From Trichoplax adhaerens (lineage: Eukaryota > Animalia > Placozoa), in assembly GCF_000150275.1 (NCBI RefSeq), contig NW_002060958.1:814272-878271 (forward strand): DNA of 64,000 nucleotides. The letters run 5' to 3'. The position numbers and the translations under genes are program-made. The notes under the pieces are model-generated. The model worked only from the letters and a program-made list of their open reading frames with translations. It was not told the DNA's origin and ran no database searches. Of this stretch, positions 51,288 through 64,000 are shown piece after piece (within the stretch, counting starts at the first letter, position 1; the number at the start of each line of letters is the position of its first letter).

Positions 51288-54200
51288 ATGCCTGATTTTT
51301 TCTCCAAGAAAGCGAGAAGAGCACAAGAAAAGGTATGGAACTGGATTTTTAAACTAAAATGCGATGATAAAAGCGATTCCATGCATGAATACACGACGAA
51401 TGACGTAGACCATGATAGGATAATCAATGATTAAAATACAACTTAATTCAGAATGTCCATGATCAACATCCATCCTGCTTAGTGCTGTATTATTGCAGAC
51501 AAAATGGAGTAGCTGTATGTCCTCTATGCAAGGGATTGCCTCAATTTACTAATGATAATGGAATGCTTTCATTTTAGGTTTTACAAAAGCTTGGAAAGGC
51601 CGATGAAACCAGAGATGAATCGTTTGACGAGCATGTCAATAATTTTAACAAGCAGCAGGTACTTATATTGGTAGAACACTTTTTCCCTTGGGTAGATTCT
51701 ATCGTAGCTAACCTACCAACAAGTCTTAAATAGTAATCTAGCGTTCAAACTGTCTTTAGCATACAAATCAAATGTAAGCTCTAGCTTGAACTCAAAATGA
51801 ATCGTTCTGATTGATACTATGTACTATATTATATCGCTGTGGTTGTACTACTAGACGACGTTCTATGCTACATTACCTTGTATATGTAGAGAGAGAGAGA
51901 GAGAGAGAGAGATGCAGTGACTGTGCTACTGATGTATTTCGCCATTTTTCTGCCCAATTGATTGAAACGAGAGACCCTAGGGTCTCTAATCTGTACATTA
52001 TGCTATCTACATGTTGAGAATTACGCTAATGTTATCGACTTAGCGCAATGACAAGACAGCAATAAAATAGTTCATTCTACCACGACTGTAATGACTAAAT
52101 CCTTCATCTATCTTACTTTTTCTTATCTAGGCTGAAGTTCATAAACTACATAAAGAATTTAAACAGTATCTATCCTGCTTAAAAGGTGATATTGGTTCAA
52201 CAAATGATACTTTCATTGAACTGAATACCATCGATAAATCAAATCATTCTTGTTGTCATTCTCAATCATGATCAATATGCTTGCTCAACTTTTTTTGTTG
52301 TCACAATACTTGACTCATTCTCTGCACTTTTTCCGCTTCCAATACGTTTTATTGATAACCAACTTGAATATGATATCTAGACATGAAAACCGCTGCCTCC
52401 AACCTTAATGAGGCTATCTCGGAAGTTTATGATGGTGAATGGGGAGGTTACAGTGAACTAGTTTCCGTTTTTGAGGTAGATCTTTTCTTCAATCTTGCCA
52501 AATCAATTAGCCATAGCAGTACAGTATTACGTTCTAGAAAGCGCTTGCTAAAACTTTCTTAGCAGTATTAGCCTTGATCGAAGATACATAAAACATTTTT
52601 AGAGCAACAACTATTACAGACATTTTTAGAGCAACTACTATTACAGTCTTCTAGTTAATTACGACGGAAGTTCACAGCATGACACTGGTAGAAAGTGCCT
52701 CTACATATGTCTCACTATTGTAACCTACAGGGTCAATGTAATTCAATTGAAGGTATAAGTGTTGTAAACTTTATTCGTAATCCTGTGTAATTTGATTTTC
52801 TCTTGAGGATTCTAAAACGCTTTGGAACAATCTAGCTCTACGTTTATCAGAAGAAGTAGTGTCACCGTTTGCAATATACCAGAGTCAATTTCCGGAATTT
52901 AAGGTTATCACAAAATAATCTTTCTTATTCTAATTGTCTCATTATCACGATGATAAACGTAATTAAATTAATCCAATGCAATTTTACAAATGTAGTCGCG
53001 AATAGCAAAAAGAGGGCGCAAATTGATTGATTACGATGCCTGTCGGCACAATTTAGACGTAAGTACCAAACGTCCATGAGCTGATCAACCAATTACGTAA
53101 TTTATCAGTAATTTCTTTCAATTTATTAACCATGAACTTAGCTCATGCTGAATGCATGTAATCAGTAACTTTTTTTACTCCACAGTCTGCTAAGCAGAAA
53201 GGTAAAGCAGATGATCGTAAAATATCACAACTTGAAGAAGAAGAAATGGTTTCAAAGAAAATTTACGATGAATTAAATACTCAATTATCCAATGAATTGC
53301 CTGCTATCTACGATAGGTACAAACTTTATCCATAAGTAACGCAAGAAAATTACTCTAACTTTGCGTAGATTGACTAGATCAGAGACTTTGACGAAAACTT
53401 GTCTTACAAGTCCCTAACTAGATTCCAATGATAAAACAATCACTATTTTAAGTAAACATACGCTCGTAATTACTGCCATTGCTCACAAATCTATTATTTA
53501 CGAGATAAAGTGAATGTTATAATTACAAATTTTGTATTTTAATCACTAATGTTACTTTTAATTTATCTTACGATAATAGTCGTGTTGCCTTCTATGTATC
53601 CACATTACAATCTTACTTTGCAACACAAATAGAATTCAATAAAAACATAACCAAGGTAAGATGCAGTGTTGAAATTAAGTGTAATCAAAACGGAACTACT
53701 ATTAATAAACCTGTACAATTGCTTTTGCTTTTCTTCTAAGTAAACACTTATTTTGAGTTCAAAATGCCCTATTTGTAGAGATTTTAGTTCATAACTAGCT
53801 TCATGTTTGCATTATTGTAGACTTCAGTAACCTTAAAAATCTGAACTGTAGGAATATACATTGATTAATGCGAGTTATTTTAATACCTGGCCTGTTCCAA
53901 TGGCACTTGTTAGGTTCAAGAGCAACTCAATGATCTAATTAATAGAGTTGTTGACGGACGCTCAGCGTCATCTAGATCGAGCCCTAACTTGAGTTCAGGG
54001 TAAGGTGACATTTTTTATAGCAATTGATAACAACCTATTAATTTACATAATGAATAATACTAAATTTGTTAATACTCGTCATCATAAATTGCAGAAGGCT
54101 AACAATCGATACTTCTACAGCTGGTAAGCCTACTTACGTTGTAATCAAATGTTTGAGCTATAAATAAAACTACTCAAGGTTGCTAAACTCAGACTGTACT

Positions 54201-55139
54201 TCCTATCGTTTCACAGAAAAATCACCAGTGAGAGAACGCAAAAAGCGAGAAGCTCCGAAAGTACGAACCAAAACAGATTGATTTTATTGCAGAAATAAAA
54301 TGTAACCAACCGTCTAATAAATATAACATTCATCTTAGCCAAAAAAAGAGGAAAAACCGGTTAATCCTTTTGGTGATCCAGATGATGATGATGAAGATAA
54401 AGATAAAGGAAAAGGTAATCCGTTTGGCGAAGAAGAAGAGGATGAGGATAAAGGAAAGGGAAATCCATTTGGTAATGAAGACCATGATAACAGCGAAGAT
54501 GAAGCGCCAGGAAATCCTTTTGGCGACGAAGAGGAAGAGGAAGAAGAAAAAGAAAGCGATGAAGGTGCTGGTAATCCCTTTGGCAATGGCGACGATGAAA
54601 ACGAAAACGAAGATAAAAGCGCTGGAAACCCTTTTGGAGGCGCTGATGAAGATGATAAGGATAGCGTAGAAAAATCTGCACCAGAATCGAAGGCAACTAG
54701 TGCAAGATCAGCTAGAGTTAAGAAAGCTAGCAACAAGCCCGACAAAGTGCTCTATCAGGTTTATATAAATACGCAAACTTACTTGCTCTGATCGATTATA
54801 ACGCTAAAACGAACCTCCCTTGCAATAAAAATATGTGCTTCGTTATGCAGGTTCGTGCAAAATCTAATTACATAGGTACCGATCCCGATGTATTAAGCTT
54901 AGTCAAAGGAGATTATATCAACGTCATTGGGTTTGATAAAGAACGTACAGATAATGAGGTAATACGGCTACTTATATAAAATCATTCATTCTGATCAACA
55001 CACTGGCAAAAATGGCTTACTGAATTACTTTTAATTTACCAATTTTTAGGATGAAGAATGGTTGATTGGTATTCGACGTAATGATCACGTGAAAGGCAGC
55101 TTTCCAGCTTCCGCAGTGGCCAAGGATACTACGCTTTGA
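51288..55139 (+). CDS. AMPH: Amphiphysin/BIN1-family N-BAR + SH3 protein, 14 coding exons, 472 aa
   Basis: Exons: 51288-51332, 51578-51658, 52131-52185, 52381-52475, 52808-52903, 52996-53058, 53186-53316, 53580-53655, 53914-53999, 54095-54123, 54217-54260, 54339-54758, 54851-54958, 55050-55139. All introns are GT-AG, phases are consistent, and the total is 1419 nt. Hallmark peptides: [49 protein letters not shown]; C-terminal SH3 ([11 protein letters not shown]...LSLVKGDYI...EEWLIG...GSFP). AMPH versus BIN1 cannot be distinguished (likely a pre-duplication orthologue). Confidence 0.93.
51888..51912. repeat. (AG)n microsatellite in amphiphysin intron 2
   Basis: About 12 AG units. Confidence 0.95.
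52593..52646. repeat. 27-bp tandem duplication in amphiphysin intron 4
   Basis: acatttttagagcaac(a/t)actattacag twice. Confidence 0.9.
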
Positions 55140-56651
55140 TTATCTTAAGTTTTATCATTTTTAATTAAGTACTATTTTTACCTTTATACTAGTTGATATT
55201 CAAATTAAATATAGGTCAATTGCAGCCCGACATAGCTATTTCGATATTAACAAGTTGGTAATATAAAAGTTTTATTTTCATGATATCTGGCACACTAGAA
55301 AAGAAGTATAAATTGCAAGCCTAAATATGAAATAACGTATATAATGCATGATAACTCATATGATAGCGAGTTTTAAAAATTAGTGTTAGCTCAATATATC
55401 GGCAATTAAGTTTGAAAATTTGGGGTTACTGTAAATAATACTCTATTTATAATGTCGATTAAATATAGTACAATTCCGTATTGAGAAATTTTAGATGACT
55501 ATATTTGCTGTCGCTCCGCATGTGGACCAGTATTAATGAAATTATTCGTATGTTACGTGCTGCATCGTAGAATTTTATCTAACTACTCGTAAATACTAGC
55601 TACGTATATCCTACCTTATGATACTTAATCATGAGTTAAAATCAGAAAAAATAAAATATTCTTCTGCTACGATTTAGTTGAGAACTTGCAGCTTTTCATT
55701 TTTACTAGCATTACATATCCTGTATCCAATATTTCGAATTACGATTTATCACGATAGATTTGGTATTCATTGAACTATTTTATTCTGGAACAACTTGAGT
55801 TTACTATTACCTTGTAATAACCATTGTAGACTCTAGTTGACACTAACCCTAGTAGTACTTTGATACTGGTAACGACCGCCAATCATTTTGAATATTTATT
55901 TACTTATATATGTTGCAGAGTGAAGAGTAATTAGAATGTAAGACGATGTTTATGACTTGGCGTGTATGCTAACATCAATTTTAAAACGTTTTGCATAAAT
56001 AGAAATTATGCGTGGACCATGAATGGGTTCGCCTATAATGAATTCATAGAATTGAGTTGTCTACTATGAGTAGCAGGGAGCTCATTCACTGGTCTACGTC
56101 ATCATTTATAGTAAAGAAATTGACTTATTCTAGTTCTGTAGCTCAACAACGATATAATTTTGTCGCAGATTTTAGTCTAGTTTTTAGATTGGATTTTATT
56201 AGACTCCATCATCGAGGTAATAAAAAGTACCTCTATCGACTCCATGATATTATCGTTCGTAATCTTATTGTCTAATATATCAAAACTACGTAGTAAAGCG
56301 TATTAGAACCAGCTTATAAGTTCAAATACAGCTAACTGGAAACATAAGCAAATCACACATTCGGTTCAATTGGACGGGTTGTTATCTAGTAATTATTATA
56401 ATGCAAGCTTGATTAAATTTCTAACTACTTAGCTGATTGGTCTTCTAGTTAGATAATAACCTGCCGTAAATGTATTGTATGAGTACACAATTATCCATAC
56501 GCTATGTAAAACATAGTTCAATCATTATAATTATCGGTTCGTGATAAGTAACTTAATTAACCCAAAAATCAGTTAGATTGGGGCTACTTGAGTGTGAGTG
56601 CGATAGGTTCTCCCGGAGTCTCTACGGTAGGAGAAACAGTGGATTGTTGAA

Positions 56652-56712
56652 TTTGTCTTTCCTAAGAACATTTGTTTATGTTTTGTCTTTCCTAAGAACA
56701 TTTGTTTATGTT
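56652..56712. repeat. 30-bp perfect tandem duplication
   Basis: tttgtctttcctaagaacatttgtttatgt twice. Confidence 0.9.
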
Positions 56713-58438
56713 CAAAGTGCAGCTCAACGATCAATCAAGTTGTCGACGAACGCTCTACTTCATCTAAGATCGAGCCATAACTTCTAGACTAGTAGTTCAA
56801 GGCTAAGCTACGAAACCCTGACTAGATTAAAAAAAAAAATCATTTATAATGTAGGCACATAGCACATCAATATCAGTGTATTATTATTCCTTGGATAATA
56901 TTAAAAAACTTTATAATCCTCTACATAAAGTAGGTCAAACACCTCAGATTAATTCTAATTATCGGTCAATCTTAATATACGGTAGTTAATCAAACCCGCA
57001 ATTACCCCCCAACTTCTTGAGCTGATACCGCGACTATTTCTTTGCATTCCATATTATCATAATAATAATAAAGCCAATTCTATTTATAGACTTCCACATC
57101 AATTTAAATTCCCTCCTGGGATAACCAGCCTTTGATTCTATTCTAATAGACGTTATCGCATCAAAATTTCCTTAACGAATTAAATGACAGTTACTATGGA
57201 AACTAACCCACTTTCTTCAAGAAAATGATTATAGTTTTTGTAACTTAGTATTGTCTGTTTGTGAACCAAGTTTTCTAGACTTGGATAAATAAAATTTTAA
57301 TATAGATTATGACGTCGAGAAGTTTTAGACGTTCTACCTACTACCCATTCACATGTTCAATTCGTATTAGAATCAACAATAAAGTCTATAGTTCTATAAT
57401 TATGCCTGATCTTGTCGATACGATCATTTTTCTTTGTCATTCCTAACACTAATACTTTTCATCGTATAAGTTCAATATCTGTTATGCATTACCCAGTGCA
57501 CCTGATTCGTATTGACATCGATGGTAAAATAGCGATGCCATTGGTTTGATTCATTTAACTTGTTATTTTAAGTAGTAAATTGTACGTGTATATAGCTATT
57601 GCAACGCTGTTGAGTCGTTAATTACGTTCACGATTGGCTTCGCAAATTTAATTCAAAATCAGTGTAAGAGAGAAGTAGTAAAAGATAATTTTCCAGCGTT
57701 ACAAGCGGAATAGCATGATCGCCAGTGGCAATCAATATGGACATTTCCTAACTCAATCCATTTTAATAACCAATAGCAAGAATTAGGCTGGGTAACTGTC
57801 AGTAAGGACTTTCTTAATATCAAATTAAAACTATATCGTCCTTAATCATCAAGACATAAAGTGAGGTAGCACCTTCCAATACGTTATTATTTACCTTGGT
57901 AGAATATCGACAAATCATTAACAAATTTACAATTTACCATATGCTCCAACCTTACAGCAGTTATCTCATTATGCTGCGCTAATAGAAATTGGTATAGCCA
58001 CTCATAAAGACCACTGTTCATATAAAACGATTACAAATAAATTTAAAATTTTTAATTAGCGTCGTTGGTGGAAGCCACTCTTCATTACTTGCAAACACCT
58101 TGACATTGCATTCAAAGTTCGCTTTCTAATCTCTATTTCAAGATAATTACGATATTATACAAGATTTGTCATCACCTTTTATCATGGATAATAAATAGCC
58201 AGTTTTATTCTACTTTTAGCTTACCATCTTAATTTTATCGATTATCCATTGGCAGTAGTTAAAAATTGTTCTCGACAACCATCAAAACTACCAAAGTCTC
58301 GCTTATACTCATTTTTCTGGTCGTAGCTGTTGTTCTATGGTTGGCTATGTGATTGGTTAACCGATAGAATTCAATCGGTTGAAAATAATAACAAAGTCTT
58401 CAATTTATACATGTTATTATTATTCTCCTTTGCAGTCA

Positions 58439-60307
58439 ATGGATAACGCATTCCATCAAGAAGATGAAAGATATCAATATGAAAATAATCGTGACTCTAT
58501 TCCTACCGGTACTTACCATCGTGGCCGATGCTGCCGGTTTGCCTACGTTATTAACATTGATTTATTAGTAAGTAAAATTTATTACTTTTTCTTCTGGGGA
58601 GCTATTGGTTGTGTATTGCCATTTTTAGGCATCTACTATAAACAACTTGGGCTATCGCCACTGCAATGCGGCTTATTAATAGGAATTAGACCTTTTATCG
58701 ACACTTTTGGTGCGCTAATTTGGTCACGTCTTGCACATAAAAAACCAATTAATCAGATTGCTCTGGTGGTCTCTATCTTAGCATGGGCTGCTGTCACATT
58801 TTCAATATCGTTTATTCTTCCAATGAGCAATTCTTGTACTACAACAGACGAATTGCAACCCAAATCCAACCTTACAACTGTAAGCGTTAACACAATTACT
58901 TTTTCTTCAGTTGGAACAAATGTCATGGAAAATTATCGTAATTCTACAATTCTCCTAAATCAAACCAATGATCAGTCTATTCCTACACTGGATGATAAAT
59001 TAGTCAGCGGCAATAATGACCATTATCCCATTATTGAATCAACATCATCATCGAGTAATCATGCTAATCCAGATCAACATTCCAGCAATGTTCATAGAAG
59101 GGAAGAAAAAGATAAACCCCAAATTAGCTTAATATCGTTTGGCTATTGGCCACAACCAAAACTATTTCTCTCTTTAATGTTAATATGTTGTATAGGTCAA
59201 ATTCTTGCTTCTCCAGCACAAACACTATCTGATATCGCAACATTAGCTTACCTTGGTCAGTCAGTCGACAAATTTGGATTGCAGCGGTTATGGGGAAATC
59301 TAGGTTGGAGTTTATCCACATTATTAATTAGTGTTTTATTAGAAGACAACTTTTACTTATTACCGTGGTGTAATCCATCTACATTAGGGCGAAATTATCA
59401 ACTTTGCTTTTACTCATTCTTGATTATGATGATTTTAGCCGCTATTACTGCTAGCCAATTTAAATTTAAATTAAACAATGCATCAGTAGATACCTATGCT
59501 TTACATTTAGTCGATGAAAATATGGCATTTCTATATGAGCATCAAGCTAGACCTTCAGGATTATTCCAGTTCTTAACCACTGTGAGGATAATATCGTTTT
59601 TCATCATCTTATGGTTCCTTGGTTGTTGCTATGGGGTGCTATTTACCTTCCTATATTGGTATTTAGAAGACTATGGTGGTACACCGTTATTATTCGGCAT
59701 TGCAACATTAGTAAACCAAAATTCTGAATTAATAGGTTATTTTCTATCTGATCGACTAATTTGTACTATGGGCCCAATTCGTCTAATCTATATTGCATTA
59801 ATAGCTAATGCTGCTCGCTTTATTTACATCTCATTTGTAAAGCAAGCATGGTTAATACTGCCAGTTGAAATATTGCAAGGTTTAACACATGCCCTCGTTT
59901 GGTCTGCTAGCATATCATATGTCTATAACTTAATCCCTCAGCACCAATTTCCAAAAGCAATTGGCATATTGCAAAGCATATATCATGGCTTCGGTATGGC
60001 AAGTGGTGCATTTCTAGCTGGTCTGCTAATCCATTACTATGATACAGCTCTAGTATTTCGTGTCTATGGGATAATTTCGATTATTTTATTTATTATTTTT
60101 TGGGCTATTCAATATCTTATACGCAGGCACGATGAGAAAATACGTAGAGAAGAACAAGCTAATTCAGTATCGTATGACAGATTACGATTGCCATCATTAG
60201 AAGAAGAGTTTGAGGAATTGTTGGAAGATGATGAACCAATAACTTTTCGAGAATTAGCTGTCATGGATAGCAGCAACTATCCCAGCGAAAAAATTCCCGG
60301 AATATAA
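58439..60307 (+). CDS. MFSD6: MFSD6-like major facilitator superfamily transporter (~622 aa)
   Basis: About 12 TM segments; MFSD6-type motifs 'SKIYYFFFWGAIGCVLPFLGIYYKQLGLSPLQCGLLIGIRPF', 'FGLQRLWG', 'FTFLYWYLED', 'EILQGLTHALVW'. The ORF track starts at TTG 58379, but a pyrimidine-rich acceptor (tattctcctttgcag|, ending 58435) precedes ATG 58439, so an upstream exon probably exists. Confidence 0.9.
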   Translation: MDNAFHQEDERYQYENNRDSIPTGTYHRGRCCRFAYVINIDLLVSKIYYFFFWGAIGCVLPFLGIYYKQLGLSPLQCGLLIGIRPFIDTFGALIWSRLAHKKPINQIALVVSILAWAAVTFSISFILPMSNSCTTTDELQPKSNLTTVSVNTITFSSVGTNVMENYRNSTILLNQTNDQSIPTLDDKLVSGNNDHYPIIESTSSSSNHANPDQHSSNVHRREEKDKPQISLISFGYWPQPKLFLSLMLICCIGQILASPAQTLSDIATLAYLGQSVDKFGLQRLWGNLGWSLSTLLISVLLEDNFYLLPWCNPSTLGRNYQLCFYSFLIMMILAAITASQFKFKLNNASVDTYALHLVDENMAFLYEHQARPSGLFQFLTTVRIISFFIILWFLGCCYGVLFTFLYWYLEDYGGTPLLFGIATLVNQNSELIGYFLSDRLICTMGPIRLIYIALIANAARFIYISFVKQAWLILPVEILQGLTHALVWSASISYVYNLIPQHQFPKAIGILQSIYHGFGMASGAFLAGLLIHYYDTALVFRVYGIISIILFIIFWAIQYLIRRHDEKIRREEQANSVSYDRLRLPSLEEEFEELLEDDEPITFRELAVMDSSNYPSEKIPGI

Positions 60308-61801
60308 TGCCTTAGCGCAGTTAAAAGGTTAAAATACCAAAGATTGAACAGTAAAAATAAGAGATTAAAAATATTATGTAGTTTATTATACTGGGCCCGA
60401 CAGCAACATTTAAGATTAAGAGATTGCCAAAATTACCTAAGTAACAAGAAAGTCAAAATTATGTTATCAAGATTACAAGTATATTATTAATATATCCTGC
60501 TTAGTTCAAAAGTAGTTAATGCTCTGCTTACTTATATAACATTTCTCAATTATTTTATTTCCGATCCTTATTTATGTTAAAGCAAAACATATCTGATATG
60601 GTGCCTTATTTAATAAAGACGCCCTACCAATTGACTTTTGGAAAACGCTTGTAGATGGTTGCAAATCATTTCTTGCTAAATATCCATGCAAAAATATCAA
60701 TGATATGTAATTTATGAGCAGCCTTACTGCTTATAAAAACATAAAGATACAAATATAATCATTAAAATCAACAAGAAGTTAGCCTAAAGATATCGGCAGC
60801 CATGTATACTATCAAACATTTATTTCAGATTTTAAAGATGCAGGATTGAGAAAAATTTATCTCATTTTAAATTTGACTAGAGACTTGAGTATAATCGACC
60901 GAATTATATAATCAAGAACTATGCTAAACGCAACAGAAATAAACAATTTTACGTGTTTAGAGTAAGACTATCTAAACGTGATTGGGTTTATACCCAATAT
61001 TTTGCTCTGGTACCTATAAGTCAACGACTGAATTTCTATGTAGAAAATTATACTTAGATATTAGCATAACGATGCCAAACTGTATGTTTTTGGTCTTTAA
61101 AAGACTTATTAGAGATGTATCGAATCGTTCAGATCGATAATCCCTTTTACTTATGAAAGTTTTTCCTTAATAAGTAACTTCCATTTAACGGTTAAAAGGC
61201 GACTATTTATCTATTTTGCTTTGCATTTTAAAATTGCGTATATAAAATTTTTGAATGTATTTCATTAACGTTATTGCTGAAGAAATTTTAATTCCGTATT
61301 AAAATAAATTTACACTGAAAATGAAATTGTTACTGATAGCTTGCACAATATTTTATTTTGCGACTGAACAAATCATGTTCTGCCAGATTATTATGAGATT
61401 CCATTGCTTTGTATCTACATTTTCGCTTCAATTAAGTAACTACTACGAAATGAAGTGAATGCATGAAATCTCCATTAATAAATTCTATTTAATCTGTTCT
61501 ATTCGTATTGCGTATTAATCTTAAAAGTATGGATTGATTTAATCGAAATTAATCTGCTATCGAAACGTGAAATTACTCCTGAAAGAATTTAAAATAATTT
61601 TCTTTCAATATTCGAAAATAATATAGACAGTTAGTAATGAATAGAAGTATACCTCAATACTCTAGTCTCACTAATCAATCCTTGCACTACAGATTGCAAA
61701 ACTTGAGAATATTAGCTACTCTCAACGTAGCCTAAATGATGGTGCAATTTAGAAGGCACGTAGTTTACGGTAATGAGCGACATACTTTAAAAAATGAATT
61801 A

Positions 61802-62269
61802 TATTACAAGGAGTAGTATTCAATATGCATTTCACGCACGAGGTACATACAGGAAATAATTGTTATGGTAATTTTTTAATAATAAAAATTAACAGGATAG
61901 ATCTCGAATCCATACGATAGACGATTAAACTCTAGATATTACAAATACCAGATGTATTACAAGAATCAGCATTCGAGATGCATTTCGCACACAAAGTGCA
62001 TACAGGAGATAACTGTAATAGTAATTTTCTCAATAACTAAAAACTACTAAAGCTAACAGAATAAATCTTAAATCTTAATCCATTCGTTAGAGGGTTAAAC
62101 TCTAGATATTACAAATACCAGGTGTATCATATAGATCAGTATTCGATATGTACTTCGCCTGCAAAGTACATGAGGAGATAATTAAAATTTTCTCATTATA
62201 AAATTTAACAGGGCAGGTCTCTAATCCATACGATAGAAGGTTAAACTCTTGATATTATAAATACCAGGC
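61802..62269. repeat. Degenerate tandem repeat, 3 copies of ~140-170 bp
   Basis: 'ttaaactct.gatatta.aaatacca', 'aatccat.cg.taga' and 'agga.ataa' each occur three times. Confidence 0.85.
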
Positions 62270-64000
62270 GAATTTAGTTCTACATGAAAACAAAATCTTG
62301 TAACATAGCAATACTTCGATGTTATTATATTTGTTTTAAAATCAATTTCATCTTACGCATAATATATTCATGCATAGCTTAAGATGTTGATAATTAATTT
62401 CATACCAAATTTTAATTCCGTCTTAACTAAGTAGGGTTGAAAGAGCATTCCATACTTTTTCAATTAGTACGATACTTGAAGCTAATCTAATTTTAGTAAG
62501 AATTAATATCAATTACAATATATGAATTTCCTATGATAAAGTGCTAAATTACCACAAGATTTACACATAAACTCGTATCTAGTCAATTTGTAATGTCAAT
62601 TTCGAATCTATTGGTGCCATATTACCAACTTTAGAGTAATTTCTTAATAATATCTTCGTACAACATAATGATCACTGTAATCATTGGCAAGTATGGTATA
62701 TTGCTTTATATTTATATACAGATTGGTCTTTGATTCTCACTGAAAACATTTGCGGTGTGCATATACCTTATACAAGAAAATTTCCGTCTGTTTAGTAAGA
62801 TCGATTAAATTTGTATTTGAATCTGTCTCTAATAATTTGCTTTCATATAACATTTTATGCAACCTTTAAAAATCAATACGATTTTATAATTCCAATTGAA
62901 GCAAAATTAATCATACTTAAATATGACTATTTTTAAACTATTAAATCAATGCATTCCATATTCTACGCGTGATCATGAACAAGCACATAGTTAATTTTAT
63001 AATATTGATGCACGATCTGATAGCATCATTCCATCTGCTTAAGCTAGCGCTAAAATAGTGCTAAACTAATTAGCTATCAATTTAAACGTGAACTATGATA
63101 ATTGTGGATTTATAGAATTACGATAGAACGGGCTAAGAGTTTTCTTATAGATGAAACTATAAATTTCTCTTCGCTTACATCGTACTCTACTAAAATGAAA
63201 TCAAACTTAAAAATTTTAATAGTATCTATCGCTCATTTATCTAATTTATTTATAGAAAGTTAAACCAATCCTTTACAATATGCTCTCTACTATTCTGATA
63301 GCGTATGTTAAGGACTACTCGCCATTGATATATGCTATCAATTCACAGCATCCATTCGCCTCCATACAAACTGGGTCTAAAATATTGCTACTTCACTAAT
63401 CCATTATTTCCTACCCAACTTTGAAGCTAAAATCTAACTTAAACCTATAAATTACAACGCACCTTATGTTACGGCACAAGCAAATATTTCATTATTATAG
63501 TACAGTTTTATATCACATTACAATAAATGGTTAATTCTAAAAGCAAGCATAAATATAAATATAAAAATTATGGTAACAGCTGTCAATAAACGGATCTTTC
63601 ATCGTAAAAATGACCATGATCCATCACGAATATTTTAAAATATTTAAGAGAATAAAGTATCCTGAATTGATATTATACTACTACGCTAAGGCAATTTACT
63701 TTATCAGAACCAATTTATATTATGTCAATAATAACAAAACTTATTAGAATGGATATTAAGAAGCAGAATGATGCACAAGTACCAATGCTTCGAGAGTTCC
63801 AACAGTATCACACTTACAAGCCTAACTTTAATTTTACTATTTTTAAACATTTTGTACTATTTCTTTAGCCTTAACTTAAAATCGGTATCAGGTGATAATC
63901 TACAATGTATTATTTGTTTTATATTTGTATTTAAATTTAGTAAGGTGTCTATTGGACTGCACTATATTTAAATACACACAGTAACTTCGAACGAAAGTCC

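Noticed and set aside
54335-54745. ORF-track calls 54335-54745(-), 54361-54696(-) and 54370-54669(+)
   Set aside because: Antisense or off-frame shadows of amphiphysin exon 12.
56161-56830. LTR-like stretch starting TGTCGC
   Set aside because: No matching 3' terminus or TSD found.
2333-63971. Remaining short 60-90-aa ORFs
   Set aside because: Many start at TTG/GTG, several overlap LTRs or repeats, and none shows recognisable motifs; expected by chance.

Overview
AT-rich eukaryotic (early-branching animal) genomic DNA. The short GT-AG introns, low GC and tandem intronless divergent GPCRs suggest a placozoan such as Trichoplax, but this is inference only. Protein-coding content: three same-strand, single-coding-exon orphan rhodopsin-like (class A) GPCR paralogues (8611-9615, 27629-28627, 43838-44893); a 14-exon amphiphysin/BIN1-type N-BAR+SH3 gene reconstructed by hand (51288-55139, 472 aa, missed by the ORF track) carrying six acidic NPFG motifs; and an MFSD6-like transporter (58439-60307). 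The long intergenic regions around the GPCRs are not featureless. They hold at least 12 solo-LTR-like elements (TGT...ACA ends, 5-bp TSDs, TATA then AATAAA, conserved 3'-terminal hairpin) from several families. At least three of these are nested LTR-in-LTR insertions at the TATA/poly(A) region. One near-identical inverted pair has swapped TSDs, indicating a ~2.5-kb inversion. Upstream of amphiphysin are a 157-bp fold-back element and two palindrome-bearing ~110-bp tandem arrays, one with higher-order structure. All coordinates were read by eye; no alignments or database searches were run.
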